The notes beneath the pieces are model-generated. The model was not told where the DNA came from and ran no database searches. It saw nothing but the letters and a program-made list of their open reading frames with translations. A program made the translations under genes and the position numbers. A DNA stretch of 9,002 bases, taken from a virus. Its lineage: Duplodnaviria > Heunggongvirae > Uroviricota > Caudoviricetes. This document shows, one piece after another, positions 7,118-9,002 of the stretch (position 1 is its first letter; each line of letters begins with the position of its first letter). Location: IMG/VR virus record IMGVR_UViG_3300031577_000046, one strand, 5' to 3'.

Positions 7118-7441
7118 ATGGCAAAGAATTTTGTAGAAGAAGGAAAAACGGTGGCGATTGTTGCCAGTGCAGCCATCAGCAGCGGAGATCTGGTGCAGGT
7201 GGGTGATGTTTTTGCGGTGGCGCTGACCGATATTCCACAGGGTGAAACAGGCGACGGCATGACCGAAGGTGTGTTTATGCTGCCTAAGCTGAAAACGGAT
7301 GACATGAAAACGGGTAATAAGGTCTATCTGAAGTCCGGAAAAGTTCAGCTGACTAACAGCGGCTCTGATCCGCTGGTCGGGGTTGTCTGGGCAGATGCCG
7401 GAACCAGTGCAGAAGAAGTGCCGGTAAAACTCAATGTCTGA
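7118..7441 (+). CDS. Small head protein, probable decoration/cement protein (DUF2190-like by recollection); not similar to lambda gpD (107 aa)
   Basis: ATG 7118 with GGAG at 7108-7111 (6-nt spacer). Gly/Val/Ala-rich sequence of the DUF2190 phage-protein type as I recall it. Sits directly after the capsid gene and before FII, where lambda has FI; function is inferred from position and composition. Confidence 0.55.
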   Translation: MAKNFVEEGKTVAIVASAAISSGDLVQVGDVFAVALTDIPQGETGDGMTEGVFMLPKLKTDDMKTGNKVYLKSGKVQLTNSGSDPLVGVVWADAGTSAEEVPVKLNV

Positions 7442-7709
7442 TCCCTTTTCCCGGCTGGCAGCGCGTATGGATGCGATCACGGTCAGAAAGATGGGAAAGA
7501 CAGCCTCGATTAATGATGTCGATATGACTGTGATCCCGGGAGAAACACTGGCAGAGCTGAATGCTCTGTCCGGACCGTCGGTCTCTCTGGTGGTGTTTTC
7601 TTCGGGATACCGCCCACGGCGCGGGGATCGCGTTGTTTATGACGGACAACAATGGACGGTCACACGGCATGAACGCTTTAACGGTAAACCAATGATCTTT
7701 ATTGAGTAA
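7434..7709 (+). CDS. FII: Head-tail joining protein, lambda gpFII family (91 aa)
   Basis: N-terminus MSDPFSRLAARMDAITVRKMGKTASI parallels lambda FII MADFDNLFDAAIARADETIRGYMGTSATI, and RRGDRVVYDGQQWTV parallels RRGDTLTIGEENFWV. Start overlaps the preceding stop by 8 nt (ATGTCTGA). Confidence 0.75.
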   Translation: MSDPFSRLAARMDAITVRKMGKTASINDVDMTVIPGETLAELNALSGPSVSLVVFSSGYRPRRGDRVVYDGQQWTVTRHERFNGKPMIFIE

Positions 7710-7720
7710 AGAGGTGTGGG

Positions 7721-8299
7721 ATGAAGGGGCTTGAGAACGCCATCCGCAATCTGAACAGCCTTGATACCCGTATGGTACCGCAGGCCAGCGCATGGACGAT
7801 AAACCGTGTGGCACAGAAAGCGGTCTCGGTTGCCACGCATCAGGTCGCGCAGAATACCGTGGCGGGAGATAACCAGGTGAAGGGGATCCCTTTTCGGATT
7901 GTAAAAGAACGTGTCCGGGTACTGAAAGCCACCCCGACAGGAAAAATGTATGCTCGAATTCGCATTAACCGGGGCAACCTGCCCGCCATTAAGCTGGGGA
8001 CGGCCCGGGTCAGACTGGCCCGGCGTGGTGGAAAACTGCGGTACCGTGGCAGTGTGCTGAAGGTGGGTAAATATCTTTTCCGGGATGCGTTTATTCAACA
8101 ACTGGCGAATGGTCGCTGGCATGTGATGCGGCGTATTGACGGCAAAAATCGTTACCCCATTGATGTGGTGAACATCCCGATGGCCGGACCGCTGACACAG
8201 GCATTTGAAGATGCCCGCGACCGCATCATTGCTGCGGAGATGCCGAAACAGCTGGGGTATGCACTGAAACAACAACTGAGGTTATGGCTGACCCGATGA
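7721..8299 (+). CDS. Z: Tail completion protein, lambda gpZ family (192 aa)
   Basis: Same length as lambda gpZ, with near-identical blocks: FIQQLANGRWHVMRRIDGKNRYPIDVVNIPMAGPLTQAF versus lambda FIQQLKNGRWHVMQRVAGKNRYPIDVVKIPMAVPLTTAF (from memory). GAGG at 7711-7714, 6-nt spacer. Confidence 0.9.
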   Translation: MKGLENAIRNLNSLDTRMVPQASAWTINRVAQKAVSVATHQVAQNTVAGDNQVKGIPFRIVKERVRVLKATPTGKMYARIRINRGNLPAIKLGTARVRLARRGGKLRYRGSVLKVGKYLFRDAFIQQLANGRWHVMRRIDGKNRYPIDVVNIPMAGPLTQAFEDARDRIIAAEMPKQLGYALKQQLRLWLTR

Positions 8300-8697
8300 A
8301 CCGACATACACAAATCCGCCAGGTCGTACTGGCACGCCTTCGGGAACAGTGTGGAGACGGCGCCACGTTTTTTGACGGGCTTCCGGCATTTGTTGATGCG
8401 CAGGAACTGCCCGCCGTGGCGGTGTGGCTGAGTGATGCACAGTACACCGGAAAAATGACGGATGAAGATGACTGGCAGGCTGTTCTGCATATTGCCGTCT
8501 TCATCCGGGCACAGGCACCGGATTCAGAGCTGGATATGTGGATGGAGAGCACCATTGTCCCGGCCCTGAATGATATACCGGCACTTTCCGGACTCATCGA
8601 CACCCTGAGCCCACTCGGTTTTAACTATCAACGTGATAATGAGATGGCCACCTGGGCGATGGCGGAAATCACGTACCAGATCACGTACACGAATTAA
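8296..8697 (+). CDS. U: Tail terminator protein, lambda gpU family (133 aa)
   Basis: [12 protein letters not shown]...GATFFDG...[14 protein letters not shown]...[11 protein letters not shown]...DIPALSGLI closely parallels lambda gpU (MKHTELRAAVL...GATFFDG...PAVAVYLTGAEYTG...PDSELDAWMES). ATG 8296 overlaps the Z stop (ATGA, 8296-8299). The in-frame ATG at 8284 is possible but the homolog alignment favours 8296. Confidence 0.9.
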   Translation: MNRHTQIRQVVLARLREQCGDGATFFDGLPAFVDAQELPAVAVWLSDAQYTGKMTDEDDWQAVLHIAVFIRAQAPDSELDMWMESTIVPALNDIPALSGLIDTLSPLGFNYQRDNEMATWAMAEITYQITYTN

Positions 8698-8707
8698 GGA
8701 GGTGGCA

Positions 8708-9002
8708 ATGACCACACCAAATCCACGGGCAAAAACGAAAGGTGCGGGGACGACGTTCTGGATGTATACCGGCAACGGCGACGCATTTGCGAACCCTTTA
8801 TCGGACACTGACTGGCTGCGTCTTGCGATGGTGAAGGATCTGCAACCTGGCGAAATGACCGCTGATGCAGAAGATGACACTTATCTCGATGATGAAGATG
8901 CAGACTGGAAAACGACAACTCAGGGGCAGAAATCCGTCGGTGATACTTCGGCGACGCTGGCCTGGCATCCGGTAAGAAAAAAACACGCGACCCCCGTAAT
9001 GA
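8708..9002 (+). CDS. V: Major tail protein, lambda gpV family; first 98 codons only, gene continues past the right edge
   Basis: AAGGAGG at 8696-8702, 5-nt spacer, ATG 8708. Translation [45 protein letters not shown]...YLDDEDADW matches lambda gpV ([41 protein letters not shown]...YLDDEDADW). No stop before the window end. Confidence 0.9.
   Translation, partial: MTTPNPRAKTKGAGTTFWMYTGNGDAFANPLSDTDWLRLAMVKDLQPGEMTADAEDDTYLDDEDADWKTTTQGQKSVGDTSATLAWHPVRKKHATPVM

Noticed and set aside
8756-8764. Apparent premature TGA stop / frameshift near the start of the V-like major tail gene (which would have implied a defective prophage)
   Set aside because: It came from my misreading a line break. The sequence is TTC TGG ATG (F-W-M), in frame and matching lambda gpV (GAGTTLWVY); the ORF is continuous to the window end.
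7085-8986. Minus-strand ORFs antisense to the decoration, FII, Z, U and V genes (7085-7480, 7431-7814, 7637-8275 of 212 aa, 8152-8603, 8524-8986)
   Set aside because: Antisense shadows of strongly supported lambda-like structural genes, with low-complexity translations and no RBS or homology signal.
1-9002. Looked for CRISPR repeats, tRNA/tmRNA genes, IS elements or transposase fragments, att sites, toxin-antitoxin or anti-phage defence cassettes, and inteins or introns in terminase, portal and capsid
   Set aside because: None seen. There is no repeat-spacer periodicity or tRNA-like structure, every substantial ORF is accounted for by a conserved structural or packaging gene, and gene lengths match uninterrupted homologs. 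The extra ~60 aa of terminase is C-terminal, not an insertion.

Overview
This window is the late (packaging and head, start of tail) module of a lambda-like cos prophage, most likely from E. coli or a close relative; I found no novel defence or accessory system in it. Reading left to right: the 5' end of a minus-strand bor/iss-type lipoprotein gene (1-63), a ~490 bp stretch with no convincing gene, a candidate cosN/cosB packaging site (~556-745), then one co-directional plus-strand operon. The operon encodes a Nu1-like small terminase, a gpA-like large terminase, a gpW-like head-tail joining protein, a lambda-family portal, a single 652-aa ClpP-like protease/scaffold/major capsid fusion (the tripartite arrangement described for Salmonella phage Gifsy-2), a small probable decoration protein, and FII-, Z-, U- and V-like proteins (V runs off the right edge). 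Genes are tightly packed with overlapping stop/start codons; the only real intergenic gap (7032-7117) carries two hairpins. All homology statements come from reading the translations and recalling lambda proteins from memory; no database search was run. The points most worth checking are the cos site with a non-lambda overhang, the iss/bor cargo gene beside cos, and the tripartite capsid gene.
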